Source: a virus (Duplodnaviria > Caudoviricetes). Taken from it: a DNA stretch of 64,000 nt. The position numbers and the translations under genes were made by a program. Under the pieces are notes generated by a model. That model was not told the origin of the DNA, searched no databases, and saw only the letters and a list, made by a program, of their open reading frames with translations. Positions within the stretch are counted from its first letter, which is position 1. Each line of letters opens with the position of its first letter. The stretch spans positions 2,314 through 66,313 of IMG/VR virus record IMGVR_UViG_3300031555_003048; one strand, written 5' to 3'. This document shows positions 8,921-19,699 of this stretch, in pieces.

Positions 8921-11284
8921 TTGGCATTATTTAATTTACCTAAACGAACTACTTTGTCTGATAAAGATATACTTAATAAGGCTAATAGTGTTAGGGCTTC
9001 TAACACTATTACCTTTAAAGGTGGAGGTAATCTTGTAAATAAAATTGCTTCTATATCAAATTTAGTTCAAACAAAGTTAGGTAAATATAAAGATGATTAT
9101 GATGTAATTAGAAATGAACCAGAAAAATTACATTCTTATATAGATAGTTGTATAAAAAATGGTATATGTGCTATAGATACAGAAACTACTGGACTTGATC
9201 CTATGTTAGATGAAATGGTAGGTTTTAGTATCTATACTCCTAATGAAAAAGCTGTCTATGTTCCTCTTAATCATATAAGTTATATTACAACACTTAAAGC
9301 TGATAATCAAATAAGTATTGATGTTGTAGCTCAAGAATTTCAACGTTTAGTTGAACATAATGTAAAAGTTATAATGTTTAATGCACCTTTTGATATAAGA
9401 GTAATATGGAGTCATACAGGTGTTAGACTACATTGTTATTGGGATTGTTATATTGCAACAAGACTACTTAATGAAAATGAACCTAGTAATGCTTTAAAAG
9501 CGTTGCACGTCAAGTATGTTGAAAAAACAGAAGACGAAGCTTGGACATATGGTAAACTGTTTGATGATATTACTTTTTCTTATATACCGATTAAAGATGC
9601 ATATATTTATGCTGCAAGAGACGCTAAAGTTACATTTGAGTATTATGAGTATCAATTACCTTATCTAACTATTGGTACAGAGGAGTGTAAGTTACATAAT
9701 TTAGAAGGACCAGCTAATGTATTTTTTAACATTGAAATGCCTGTAATGGATTCATTTATTGATATGGAACAAACCGGTATTTTATTAGATAAAGAATATA
9801 GCGCTAAACTTTCTAAACGTTACCACGATTATGTTAACGTCTCTAAACAAACAGTAACAGATATTTTAAATGATTTAAAACCAGAAATTGATAGTTACCG
9901 GCGCTCACATATAAATAGTGGATTAGAAGACCCAGTAAATCCCAATAGTACAAAACAACTGTCTACTATTATTTATGATATATTAAAGGTACCTATTGTA
10001 GATGATAGAAATCCTCGTGGTGTTGGTAGAGAAATACTTGAACAAATAGACCATCCTCTTTGTAAAGCTATTGTGGAGCAAAGAAAGTTGGAAAAACTTT
10101 TATCTACTTATGTAGATAAAATGCCGGAAATTACTAATCCAAATGATGGTAGAGTTCATTGTAAATTCAATCAAGTAGGTGCAGATACTGGTCGTACCTC
10201 CTCTAACTCGCCCAATCTACAGAATATACCGTCAAGAGCTTGGAAACTTATTAATGGTACTAAAATAGATGCAGGACACGATGTAAGACAAATGTTTAGA
10301 GCCAGTCCTGGTAATATTCTTATATCTTGTGACTATTCAGCTCAAGAACCTCGTATTACTGCTCATTTAAGTAAAGATGATAAGATGGTTCAAGCGTATA
10401 AAGACGGTAAAGATGTTTATTCAGAAATAGCAGCTATAGCTTTTAATAAGACATATACAGAGTGTCTCGAGTTTGTTGTTGATGAAAATGGTAAGAAAGT
10501 TTTAGATGATAATGGTGAACCCATTACTAATATGGAAGGTAAAGAACGTAGAACCTCCGCAAAATCGATTGTTTTGGGTATAAACTATGGAAGAAGCATT
10601 CCTTCTATAGCTGAACAATTACATTGTGATACAAGTAAAGCACAACAAATTTATGACGATGTACTTAATAAATTTTCTGGATTAAAGTCTTTTAAAGAAC
10701 AAAGTGAAGCTAATGCTCGTCGTTATGGTTATGTAGAAACTATCTGGGGTAGAAAAAGAAGATTACCGGATATGCAGCTTCCTTATTATGAATTTAAATA
10801 TAAAGAAGGAGCCCTTCCCGATGATTTTGACCCTTTAGGTGATTCTAATACATCTTATAGTACAGAAGTTCCCATAGATGTTTGTCAATCTTACACTAAA
10901 AAATTTCTTAATGCTTCTTGGAAACAAAAACAACAAATTAAAGATGAATTAGATAAAAAAGGTATTGAAATTATAGATAATACTAAAAAAATCGGAGACG
11001 CTACACGACAGGTTGTTAACGCACGAGTTCAAGGTTCAGCTGCAGATTTAACTAAATTAGCTATGATTAAACTTTATAATAATCAAGAGTTACGAGATTT
11101 AGGTTTTAAGATGTTAATTCCTATTCACGATGAGATATTAGCAGAATGTCCTAAAGAGAATGCTAGAAGATGCGGTGAACTTATGGAACGAATGATGATA
11201 GACGCAGCAAAAGATTTAATTGTACCAATATCTTGTGATGCCGAGTATACCGAGCAGTGGTATGGAAAATCTGTAGAAATATAA
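8921..11284 (+). CDS. polA: Family A DNA polymerase with 3'-5' exonuclease
   Basis: Exo I DTETTG; motif A DYSAQEPRI; motif B RTSAKSIVLGINYG; motif C IHDE; TGRTSSNSPNLQNIP. Confidence 0.95.
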   Translation: MALFNLPKRTTLSDKDILNKANSVRASNTITFKGGGNLVNKIASISNLVQTKLGKYKDDYDVIRNEPEKLHSYIDSCIKNGICAIDTETTGLDPMLDEMVGFSIYTPNEKAVYVPLNHISYITTLKADNQISIDVVAQEFQRLVEHNVKVIMFNAPFDIRVIWSHTGVRLHCYWDCYIATRLLNENEPSNALKALHVKYVEKTEDEAWTYGKLFDDITFSYIPIKDAYIYAARDAKVTFEYYEYQLPYLTIGTEECKLHNLEGPANVFFNIEMPVMDSFIDMEQTGILLDKEYSAKLSKRYHDYVNVSKQTVTDILNDLKPEIDSYRRSHINSGLEDPVNPNSTKQLSTIIYDILKVPIVDDRNPRGVGREILEQIDHPLCKAIVEQRKLEKLLSTYVDKMPEITNPNDGRVHCKFNQVGADTGRTSSNSPNLQNIPSRAWKLINGTKIDAGHDVRQMFRASPGNILISCDYSAQEPRITAHLSKDDKMVQAYKDGKDVYSEIAAIAFNKTYTECLEFVVDENGKKVLDDNGEPITNMEGKERRTSAKSIVLGINYGRSIPSIAEQLHCDTSKAQQIYDDVLNKFSGLKSFKEQSEANARRYGYVETIWGRKRRLPDMQLPYYEFKYKEGALPDDFDPLGDSNTSYSTEVPIDVCQSYTKKFLNASWKQKQQIKDELDKKGIEIIDNTKKIGDATRQVVNARVQGSAADLTKLAMIKLYNNQELRDLGFKMLIPIHDEILAECPKENARRCGELMERMMIDAAKDLIVPISCDAEYTEQWYGKSVEI

Positions 11285-11303
11285 ACAGAAAGGATATAAA
11301 TCT

Positions 11304-12224
11304 ATGGCTTTTGATTTTTATTTTGCAGGTTCACAATGTGAAGAAACCACTAATCTTTTATATGAATTAAATGCAAATGTACTTAAATCTTATGTTAATG
11401 ATATGAAAGAAATTAATGAATGGTTTAAACGGAAACAAAGTGGTTGGACAGGTAAGTTATTAATTGATAGTGGTGCTTTTACTGCTCATCGTAAAGATAC
11501 TGTGTTAGATATTGACAAATATATTAAATGGTTAAATGATAATGATTCTACCATAGATTATGCTATAGAACTTGACCATATACCAGGTAAATGGGGTGAA
11601 ATTAAGACATTTAAAGATGCCGAAATTGGAGCTGAAGAATCTTGGAACAATTATCTTTATATGATAGAAAGATGTATCTCTCCTACTAAAATACTCCCTG
11701 TTTTTCACCAAGGTGAGAATTTAACTTATTTAAAAAGAATTGTAGATTATCAAATTAACAGTCAATATATACCTTATATTTGTATTTCGGGTAATAAAGA
11801 GTTAACGAGTTCACAAAGAGAAGATTGGTACGCTCAATGTTATAGTGTTATTAAACAAAGTAATAATCCTAATGTAAAAGTACACTGTCTCGGGAGTGCT
11901 ACACTTTCTAATGCTATTAAATATCCATTTACTAGTATGGATGCTACAACCTGGATTATGACTGGAGCTACGGGTGAAATTCTTACTGATTATGGAAATG
12001 TTTTAGTAAGTAAAGAATCCCAAAAAGATAAGACTAATATACACCATCTACATAGTGACATTCAGAAAAAAATAATTGACTACTGTCAACAATACGGTAT
12101 TACTTTGGAGCAGATTCAAGAAAGTTATCGTTATCGTATGTTAATAAATATACATTATTTATATGATAGAAGTCATACAACACATTATAAAGAACGAAAT
12201 TTAATTAAGCGAACACTATTTTAG
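11304..12224 (+). CDS. dpdA: TGT-fold transglycosylase, DpdA-like (7-deazaguanine insertion into DNA)
   Basis: LLIDSGAF, ELDHIPG, PVFHQGE, VHCLG, SMDATTW motifs; adjacent to queC/D/E/folE. Confidence 0.72.
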   Translation: MAFDFYFAGSQCEETTNLLYELNANVLKSYVNDMKEINEWFKRKQSGWTGKLLIDSGAFTAHRKDTVLDIDKYIKWLNDNDSTIDYAIELDHIPGKWGEIKTFKDAEIGAEESWNNYLYMIERCISPTKILPVFHQGENLTYLKRIVDYQINSQYIPYICISGNKELTSSQREDWYAQCYSVIKQSNNPNVKVHCLGSATLSNAIKYPFTSMDATTWIMTGATGEILTDYGNVLVSKESQKDKTNIHHLHSDIQKKIIDYCQQYGITLEQIQESYRYRMLINIHYLYDRSHTTHYKERNLIKRTLF

Positions 12225-12245
12225 TATAAAGGAGTAATTAACTTT

Positions 12246-12968
12246 ATGAAGAAGGTATTATTGTATAGTGGTGGAATGGATAGCTGGTTAATTAGTCAAA
12301 TTTGGAAACCTGATATTAAATTATATGTTAATATGCATACAAGATACTCGGAAGAGGAACTTAAACGAATTAGTAACGATAGTACTGTAACTATTGTTGA
12401 TTTTCCTTTAGGTCAGTGGGAACAAGATAATGCAATTATACCACTTCGTAATCTTTATTTAGTTATGGTTGTATGTAATATAACAGGTAATGAAGATGTA
12501 GAAATTTGTCTTGGTGCTACAGCTGGAGATAGGGTTTTAGACAAATCTAACATATTTGTGGAAAAAACTAATGAACTTTTAAATTTTTTGTACCAACCAC
12601 AATGGTGGATACCTGAAGGTAAGACCATTAAACTTAATATAGATTTTAAGTCTAAAACTAAATCGGATTTAATTCATATGTATTTAGAACAAGGTGGAGC
12701 TATTAGTGAAGCATTTAATCAATCCTTTAGCTGTTATAATCCAATTAATGGTCACGAATGTTGGCATTGTAAACCTTGTTTTCGAAAGTTTGTATCATTT
12801 GAATTAAATGGTTATAAGTTTAATTCTGACACTATTTCTACAGTAATTAATTATATTAATACAGAAATAAAACCTCAAATACTTAATGGTAGTTATGGTA
12901 GAGGTAAAGAGGAAGAACAAGATATTTTAAGTATTTTAGATAAATATAAGGAGTACATTAATCAATGA
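12246..12968 (+). CDS. queC: 7-cyano-7-deazaguanine synthase-like PP-loop ATPase
   Basis: LLYSGGMDS, IPLRN, SCY...CWHCKPC Zn motif. Confidence 0.85.
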   Translation: MKKVLLYSGGMDSWLISQIWKPDIKLYVNMHTRYSEEELKRISNDSTVTIVDFPLGQWEQDNAIIPLRNLYLVMVVCNITGNEDVEICLGATAGDRVLDKSNIFVEKTNELLNFLYQPQWWIPEGKTIKLNIDFKSKTKSDLIHMYLEQGGAISEAFNQSFSCYNPINGHECWHCKPCFRKFVSFELNGYKFNSDTISTVINYINTEIKPQILNGSYGRGKEEEQDILSILDKYKEYINQ

Positions 12969-13294
12969 AACAAAAGATTATAGCTATTGATTTTGATGGT
13001 ACAATTACTGATGATACTCCTTATCCTATTTGTGGTAACTTACGAGAAGAAGCGGCTTATTATATTATGAAACTGTATGATTTAGATTATACTTTAGTAT
13101 TATGGACAGCTCGTAAGGGTAAAGATTTTACCGAATGTATAAATAAGTTACAAAGTTGGGGATTACTTAAATATTTACATTTACCAGAAAATGTAGAAGG
13201 TAAAATTTATGCTGATTTTTATATTGATGATAAAGCTATTCCTGGTAAAATAAATTGGAATAAACTTTACAATTATATATGTAAAAATATATAG
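12965..13294 (+). CDS. HAD-superfamily hydrolase
   Basis: IAIDFDGTI, LWTAR, KIYADFYIDDKA. Confidence 0.8.
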   Translation: MKQKIIAIDFDGTITDDTPYPICGNLREEAAYYIMKLYDLDYTLVLWTARKGKDFTECINKLQSWGLLKYLHLPENVEGKIYADFYIDDKAIPGKINWNKLYNYICKNI

Positions 13295-13347
13295 TTTACA
13301 CATTTTGTTATATTTACAAAATTATATATTGAAGGAGTTGATTTAAT

Positions 13348-13704
13348 ATGTTTTATGTAAGTAAACGTATGGAGATTGCTGGAGCACATAAACTCTATTT
13401 ACCTTATGAAAGTCCTTGTGCGGGATTACACGGTCATAATTGGATTATTACTGTTTATTGTAAATCCCAGACAAAAAATGATGAAGGTATGATAGTTGAT
13501 TTTGCAAAAATTAAGAAAGAAATACACGGTAAATTGGACCATCAATATTTAAATGAAGTTTTTGATTTTAACCCTACCGCTGAAAATATAGCTGAATGGA
13601 TATGTAATAAAGTAACTGAATTGTGTGAAGTTGGTTATTGTTATAAGGTTTCTGTACAGGAAAGTGAAGGTAATGTGGCTATATACGAGAGGAATGAATA
13701 TTAA
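13348..13704 (+). CDS. queD: 6-carboxytetrahydropterin synthase
   Basis: AHKL...CAGLHGHNW, DFAKIK, LDHQYLNE, PTAENIA, VQESE. Confidence 0.95.
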   Translation: MFYVSKRMEIAGAHKLYLPYESPCAGLHGHNWIITVYCKSQTKNDEGMIVDFAKIKKEIHGKLDHQYLNEVFDFNPTAENIAEWICNKVTELCEVGYCYKVSVQESEGNVAIYERNEY

Positions 13705-13706
13705 TT

Positions 13707-14393
13707 ATGTTAATTAGTGAGATATTTTCCAGTATAGACGGTGAAGGTAGTCGTTCTGGTTATCTTGTTACTTTTATAAGAACTGTAGGTTGTCCTTTAA
13801 GATGTAGTTATTGTGATACCCGTTATGCTTTTGAGCCAGATGAAAATACAAAAGATATGAGTATTACTGAAATAGTTCAAAAATGTCAAGAACTTAAAAA
13901 TAAAAGAATTACATTAACTGGTGGAGAACCTTTAATTCAACCTAATATTTGGAAATTAATTGAAGAATTAGTAAAATTAAATTTTCAAGTTAATGTTGAA
14001 ACATCTGGTTCCATTTATGTAGATAAAACCAAATTTAATTTCTTTTTAGCCGAAGCCTACTACTGCGGAAATTTATTTTTTACTTATGATTATAAATGTC
14101 CATCTAGTGGAATGAATACTAAAATGGTAGATAAAATATTTAATGAATTAGGTACTAATGATATAGTGAAATTTGTAGTAGGTAGTTTAGAAGACCTAAA
14201 CTGTATGAAAGATTATATTGATAATCTTGAGTTTAAACATCATTATAAAAATAAATATTATGTTAGTCCTGTTTGGGGTAACATAGAACCGTCACAGATT
14301 GTAAATTACTTAAAAGAAAATAATTTACAAAATATAAGATTACAACTACAATTACATAAAATTGTATGGGATAAAAATATGAGAGGAGTGTAA
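13707..14393 (+). CDS. queE: 7-carboxy-7-deazaguanine synthase (radical SAM)
   Basis: EIFSSIDGEG, GCPLRCSYCDT, LTGGEPL, VETSG, QLQLHK. Confidence 0.95.
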   Translation: MLISEIFSSIDGEGSRSGYLVTFIRTVGCPLRCSYCDTRYAFEPDENTKDMSITEIVQKCQELKNKRITLTGGEPLIQPNIWKLIEELVKLNFQVNVETSGSIYVDKTKFNFFLAEAYYCGNLFFTYDYKCPSSGMNTKMVDKIFNELGTNDIVKFVVGSLEDLNCMKDYIDNLEFKHHYKNKYYVSPVWGNIEPSQIVNYLKENNLQNIRLQLQLHKIVWDKNMRGV

Positions 14394-14398
14394 GATTA

Positions 14399-14980
14399 AT
14401 GGCGTATAATTACGAACTAGTAAAAGAAAGTATACGAAATATACTTATAGGTATTGGAGAAAATCCAGATAGACCTGGACTCGTCGAGACACCTGATAGA
14501 GTAGCTCGTATGTATAAAGAGGTATTTGAAGGTGTTCAATATACAAATGACGAAATTGGACAGAAGTTTAATAAGTGTTTTACTGATGTGGATACCAAAG
14601 ACCTTGTAGTTGTAGGTAATATACCCGTATTTAGTTATTGTGAACATCATATGGCACTTATGTATAATATGAAAGTATCTGTAGGCTATCTCCCTAATGG
14701 GAAAATTATAGGACTTTCCAAAGTAGCTCGTATTGCTGATATGGTTTGTAAACGACTTCAGGTACAAGAGCGTATTGGTACAGATATATGTGATATATTA
14801 CAAAAGGTTTTAGATACAGATGATATCATTGTTGTAATTGAAGGTGAACACTCCTGTATGACTGCGAGAGGTATTAAAAAACCTGGAACTATTACAAGAA
14901 CAGCTTCTCTTCGCGGAGCCTTTAAGGAAAATTATAATTTAAGAGATGAATTTTATTCGTTAATCAAGGAGAAATCATGA
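14399..14980 (+). CDS. folE: GTP cyclohydrolase I
   Basis: ETPDRVARMY, SYCEHH, GLSKVAR, RLQVQER, HSCMTARG. Confidence 0.96.
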   Translation: MAYNYELVKESIRNILIGIGENPDRPGLVETPDRVARMYKEVFEGVQYTNDEIGQKFNKCFTDVDTKDLVVVGNIPVFSYCEHHMALMYNMKVSVGYLPNGKIIGLSKVARIADMVCKRLQVQERIGTDICDILQKVLDTDDIIVVIEGEHSCMTARGIKKPGTITRTASLRGAFKENYNLRDEFYSLIKEKS

Positions 14981-15510
14981 GTAAGATATTATATACTGAA
15001 TTAGATATATCTACAGCTGTGATTAATATAGCAATTGAATTAAACAAGAAGTATGAAAATTCAAATAAACCTTTAATGCTTGTAGGTGTTCTAAATGGTA
15101 GTTATATGTTTTTATCTGATTTAAGTAAACATATAGAATTACCTTGTGTTATAGAATTCATTAGAGTTAAGAGTTATGTTAATAATAAACGTACCAACAA
15201 TTTAACTATAATCTATGATGGGTTATTGAATTATAACTTAGATGACTATAACATTGTCTTTGTTGAGGATATTGTTGATACTGGTTATACAATAAAGGCA
15301 CTTATAGATTATATAACTTCACATTATAGTGTAAGTCAACATGATGTAGAAGTTTGTTCTTTAGTATATAAAAAGTGTAATAATCAAACTTATTATGTAC
15401 CCAATTATATAGGATTTACTTTAACTGAAAATCTTTTTATTTCCGGTTATGGTATGGATAATAATAACGTAGATAGGAATTTACGTTATATTAGTTATGT
15501 AGATAATTAA
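14977..15510 (+). CDS. hpt: Hypoxanthine/purine phosphoribosyltransferase
   Basis: VGVLNGSYMFLSDL, PRPP loop VEDIVDTGYT, FISGYGMD. Confidence 0.88.
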   Translation: MSKILYTELDISTAVINIAIELNKKYENSNKPLMLVGVLNGSYMFLSDLSKHIELPCVIEFIRVKSYVNNKRTNNLTIIYDGLLNYNLDDYNIVFVEDIVDTGYTIKALIDYITSHYSVSQHDVEVCSLVYKKCNNQTYYVPNYIGFTLTENLFISGYGMDNNNVDRNLRYISYVDN

Positions 15511-15537
15511 ATTTTAGAATTTTGGAGGTATTTAAAA

Positions 15538-16626
15538 ATGAGTTTTTCCGTCAGCACATCAGTTTTACAGAGATTGGTTACAAAAGTACAGAGGGGTGCT
15601 TCTAATAATAAATTGTTACCCCTCACCAGTTTTGTTAGTATTAGTTTGAAAGATAATAAGCTTAAACTTACTACTACAGATATGACAAATTATGTAACAG
15701 CTACGGAATATAATGTAACTGGAAATGATTTTAGTGTAGTAGTTTCTCTTGAGAGTTTTGGTAAGTTAGTAGGTAAGACCACCACCCAAGAAATTGTGCT
15801 TGAACTTACAGAAAATTCTTTACAGTTTATTGGTAATGGTACTTATAACATTGATTTGCCCCTCAATGAAGAAGGTGAACCTGTTAAGTTTCCCATGTAT
15901 GAATTTACTCCTACATATGAAGCTGTAGATGTAAAGTACCAAGATATTAAGTCTATAATTACAGCTAACAAATCTTGTTTAGCTTCTGATATGTCACAAC
16001 CTGTTTTAACCTACTATTATTGTGGTAATGATAATGTTATATCCGCTGATCAGTATAATATTTGTATTAATAATGTTCAGTTGTTCAATGAACCTGTTCT
16101 TATTTCTAATATTATGATGGACTTGGTTGCTTTGTTTGGTGACGACACTATTACTGTAACTCGTAATGATTCTGCTATTATGTTTAGTTCACCCACTTAT
16201 TGTGTATATGGTAAGCTGTTTACTGATTTAGATAGTTATCCTTCTGAACCCATTCAAGCATATCTGTCCACTCAATTTGAATATAATTGTAAGGTTAGTC
16301 GAGAACTTCTTTTGGGTGCCATAGATAGACTTTCTATCTTCATGGATAAGTTAGATAGTGGTAAACTTATTTTTGAATTTACAGATAGTAGCGTTACTAT
16401 TTATAATGCAAATAGAACCTCCCATGAAACTATTAAATATTTGAATTCTACAGATATGACGAGAACTGGTAATTTTACTTGTAATGTGAATTCAGAATTG
16501 ATACATTCACAGTTAGTTTCTAATTCAGATGACAATCTTGACATTTATTATGGTGAAGAACCCGGTGGTTGTATTAAGATTGTAGATAATGATATCGTTA
16601 AAATAACATCACTTATGGAAGATTAA
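15538..16626 (+). CDS. dnaN: DNA sliding clamp (Pol III beta-like)
   Basis: 362 aa; LKLTTTD in the N-terminal domain and VSRELLLGAIDRLS match beta-clamp architecture. Confidence 0.78.
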   Translation: MSFSVSTSVLQRLVTKVQRGASNNKLLPLTSFVSISLKDNKLKLTTTDMTNYVTATEYNVTGNDFSVVVSLESFGKLVGKTTTQEIVLELTENSLQFIGNGTYNIDLPLNEEGEPVKFPMYEFTPTYEAVDVKYQDIKSIITANKSCLASDMSQPVLTYYYCGNDNVISADQYNICINNVQLFNEPVLISNIMMDLVALFGDDTITVTRNDSAIMFSSPTYCVYGKLFTDLDSYPSEPIQAYLSTQFEYNCKVSRELLLGAIDRLSIFMDKLDSGKLIFEFTDSSVTIYNANRTSHETIKYLNSTDMTRTGNFTCNVNSELIHSQLVSNSDDNLDIYYGEEPGGCIKIVDNDIVKITSLMED

Positions 16627-16643
16627 TTATTGGAGAATACTTT

Positions 16644-17453
16644 ATGTCTAATATTAAATTTAAAGATATTTGTAAATTAATTAATGTTTCTAAAAATCAA
16701 GATCCGGAGAAGTCCATTGCGGACTTCTTCGTTTCAGATTTAGAATATTCAATTAGAAAACAAGATCAGGTAAATAAAGAAACAATTGTATCTAAAACAT
16801 ATAAGCCATCCAGTTTACATTGTATTCGTAATATGTATTATCAGGTTACTGGTGCAGAAGTTGACGACATTTCAGATGTTTCTGCTGAACTTATTGGTAT
16901 AGGTGAAAGTGGTACAGATAGGCATTGTAGAATACAAGAGGCTATTTGTCATATGAAAGATAATGGAATTGATTGTGAATATGTAGATGTAGAATCTTAT
17001 ATTAAAGAATTTAACTTACCCGATTTAGTCGTAGTGGAAAAAACTGATTATGAAACTAAACTTATAAATACAAAATATAATTTTAGATTTTTGTGTGACG
17101 GTATTATTAAATATAGGGGTAAATATTACATATTAGAAATAAAAACGGAAATATCCTTTAAGTGGAATAATAGAACAAGTGTTGACCCCTCACATTATAA
17201 TCAAGCCACAGCTTATGCTTTAAATTTTGGAATAAATAATATAATTTTCTTATATGAAAATAGAGATACTTGTGCTAAGAAATGTTATTTATATAATGTT
17301 ACAAATTCACAGATAGATAATCTAATCAGTTTGATTAGTGATTGTGATAGTTATGTTTCTAAATTAGTTGTTCCTCCTAAACCAGATAATTTAAAATATA
17401 ATAGTAAAATTTGTAATTATTGTTCATATAAAAATAGATGTTTATTGGAGTGA
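16644..17453 (+). CDS. Cas4-like PD-(D/E)XK exonuclease
   Basis: PSSLHC, GTDRH, CDG...ILEIKT, QATAY, C-terminal CNYCSYKNRC Fe-S motif. Confidence 0.8.
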   Translation: MSNIKFKDICKLINVSKNQDPEKSIADFFVSDLEYSIRKQDQVNKETIVSKTYKPSSLHCIRNMYYQVTGAEVDDISDVSAELIGIGESGTDRHCRIQEAICHMKDNGIDCEYVDVESYIKEFNLPDLVVVEKTDYETKLINTKYNFRFLCDGIIKYRGKYYILEIKTEISFKWNNRTSVDPSHYNQATAYALNFGINNIIFLYENRDTCAKKCYLYNVTNSQIDNLISLISDCDSYVSKLVVPPKPDNLKYNSKICNYCSYKNRCLLE

Positions 17454-17990
17454 TTGTATTTGAACAAGAAAAATTTAGGTAAAGAATTTGAAAATAAGAT
17501 AAAATCTTGTTTAAATAAACCAGAATTAAATTTTAGTTTAGATAGACTACCGGATCCACTTGGAGGTTTTGTTGGTGTTAGAAATATAAGCGATTTTCAA
17601 GGCTATAAACTACCCTTTCAGTATTATTTAGAATGCAAATGTACTTACGGTAACACACTTAATTTTAAGTCTAATATTACTGATGACCAATGGGAAGGAT
17701 TAACGGAAAAAAGTAAGATTTTAGGTGTATTAGCTGGTTTTTGCATTTGGTTTATTGACTATGAAGAAACTGTTTTTGTACCTATACAGGAAATGAATAG
17801 ACTACGTTTTATAGAAAATAAAAAATCTTTGAACATAAAAGACTTAGACAATATTAATTTATTTAAAATTGTTGGTGAAAAGAAAAGGGTTTATTTTGAC
17901 TATGATGCTGATACTTTTATTAAAAATTTAGATAGATTGTGTAAAGAGTATTGGAATATTGATTTTGTGCAGGTGAAATTTAATGAGTAA
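17454..17990 (+). CDS. recU: Holliday junction resolvase RecU-like
   Basis: GKEFE, SDF, YLECKCT, ITDDQWEGL. Confidence 0.72.
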   Translation: MYLNKKNLGKEFENKIKSCLNKPELNFSLDRLPDPLGGFVGVRNISDFQGYKLPFQYYLECKCTYGNTLNFKSNITDDQWEGLTEKSKILGVLAGFCIWFIDYEETVFVPIQEMNRLRFIENKKSLNIKDLDNINLFKIVGEKKRVYFDYDADTFIKNLDRLCKEYWNIDFVQVKFNE

Positions 17991-18528
17991 ACTGTTATTA
18001 TCACATTTAATGGATAGTCCTGAAAATCAAGAAGCTATTGAATCTGTTGTAAATACCGTAGAACAAAATTCTACTGTAATTGATAATATAGTTTTTGATA
18101 TAACTCATAAATGTACGGGTGAATTGGATGATTATATTCAATATATGCGTGATGTTTTAAAAGACTGTGGGGAAGGTAAACCCATTTCAAATACTATATT
18201 AGAAGATATTACAATGGTTTTACCTGTGTTGTTATACACCATTACTGATAAACAAGAAAGTATTGGTATTAAAGAAGACATTGCTAAAGCTACTAAAAAT
18301 GAAATATTTAATAATATTTATGGTAGTATAGAAAAAGGAACTGTACAGGATAAAACATCACAAGCTGAATTGGCTTCACAAGAAGAAATTGTTACACATA
18401 TTATTTTTCAACATTGCTATAAAATCATTAAAGCTAAAGCAGATTTAGGACTTGAGTTATTACAATCTGTTAAAAAAGTTTTATCCAAACGAATTACTGA
18501 ATTAGAAATAACACGTTCTGTCAAATAA
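17983..18528 (+). CDS. Hypothetical protein
   Basis: Helical 181-aa ORF between recU and recA. Confidence 0.65.
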   Translation: MSKLLLSHLMDSPENQEAIESVVNTVEQNSTVIDNIVFDITHKCTGELDDYIQYMRDVLKDCGEGKPISNTILEDITMVLPVLLYTITDKQESIGIKEDIAKATKNEIFNNIYGSIEKGTVQDKTSQAELASQEEIVTHIIFQHCYKIIKAKADLGLELLQSVKKVLSKRITELEITRSVK

Positions 18529-18553
18529 TATTTTTAAGAAAGGTAAGATTTAA

Positions 18554-19699
18554 ATGTCCAATTTAACTGATACTATAAAAGAAATTAATAAAAAATATAA
18601 GCAAAATTTAATTGTAAAAGGTGCTGTTAGTTATAATGTAACTAAAATACCTTTTAGTAGTGATACTGCAAACTATATGACTTATGGTGGAATACCCTTG
18701 GGAAGAGTTGTAGAATTTTTTGGAGAAGAAAATGGTGGTAAAACAACTACAGCCTTAGATGTGGTAAAAAATGCCCAAAGTTATTTCAAAAATGAGTGGC
18801 AAGATGAAATGAACCGTTTAAATAACAGCAATAAATTAACGAAAGAACAACAAGCTCGACAAACTTATTTAGAAGATAGAGGTCCAAGAGCTGTAGTTTG
18901 GATTGATGCCGAAAATACATTTGATGACACTTATGCTGAACATTTAGGTGTAGATGTAAATAGTCTAATAAAAATGGTTCCACAAGAACAATATGCAGAA
19001 GAAATTTTTGAAATGGCAATTGAACTTATTAATTCTGGCGATGTTGGCTTTATGGTTTTGGATAGTTTAGGTATTTTAATGTCCAAACAGCAGTATGAAA
19101 AGAATATTGAGGATAAAACCTATGGAGGCATTGCAATGGCACTCACTCGATTTAGTAAGGAATTGTGCATGGTTTGTGGAAAAAATAATTGTACTTTTAT
19201 AGGCATTAATCAGCTAAGAGATGATATGAATTCTATGTATGGTGGACAGACTACTCCAGGTGGTAGAGCTTGGAAGCATCATAGTTCTTTGCGTATTGAA
19301 TTTAGAAAAGGTAGTTTAATTGATGAAAAATATAAAGATATTCCAAAGAAATCAGAAACTGCTTTCGGTCATACCGTTCAGATGCAAATAAGGAAAACCA
19401 AAACTTGTAAGCCGGATAGATTAGTTGGTAGTTATACATTAGTTTATACAAAGGGTATAGATGATTTACATGATTTAATTGATTTGTGTGTTATCGATGG
19501 TTGTATTAATAAAGCTGGAGCATGGTTTACATTTTTAAATCCGTCAACAGGGGAGCCATTAAATGATTCTACTGGAAATGTTTATAAAGTTCAAGGTGAA
19601 AATGGTGTAAGAAGAGCTCTTGAAGATGATTCCAATCTTTTAAATATATATAAGAAATATGTAAAATACTTAATTAAAGGTGATATTGCTGATTTTTAA
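18554..19699 (+). CDS. recA: RecA-like recombinase
   Basis: GGIPLGRVVEFFGEENGGKTT, VLDS, FIGINQLRD, TTPGGRAWK, KAGAWF. Confidence 0.95.
   Translation: MSNLTDTIKEINKKYKQNLIVKGAVSYNVTKIPFSSDTANYMTYGGIPLGRVVEFFGEENGGKTTTALDVVKNAQSYFKNEWQDEMNRLNNSNKLTKEQQARQTYLEDRGPRAVVWIDAENTFDDTYAEHLGVDVNSLIKMVPQEQYAEEIFEMAIELINSGDVGFMVLDSLGILMSKQQYEKNIEDKTYGGIAMALTRFSKELCMVCGKNNCTFIGINQLRDDMNSMYGGQTTPGGRAWKHHSSLRIEFRKGSLIDEKYKDIPKKSETAFGHTVQMQIRKTKTCKPDRLVGSYTLVYTKGIDDLHDLIDLCVIDGCINKAGAWFTFLNPSTGEPLNDSTGNVYKVQGENGVRRALEDDSNLLNIYKKYVKYLIKGDIADF

Noticed and set aside
11285-13347. preQ1 riboswitch ahead of the que genes
   Set aside because: Intergenic gaps are short and show no preQ1 hairpin plus A-rich tail consensus
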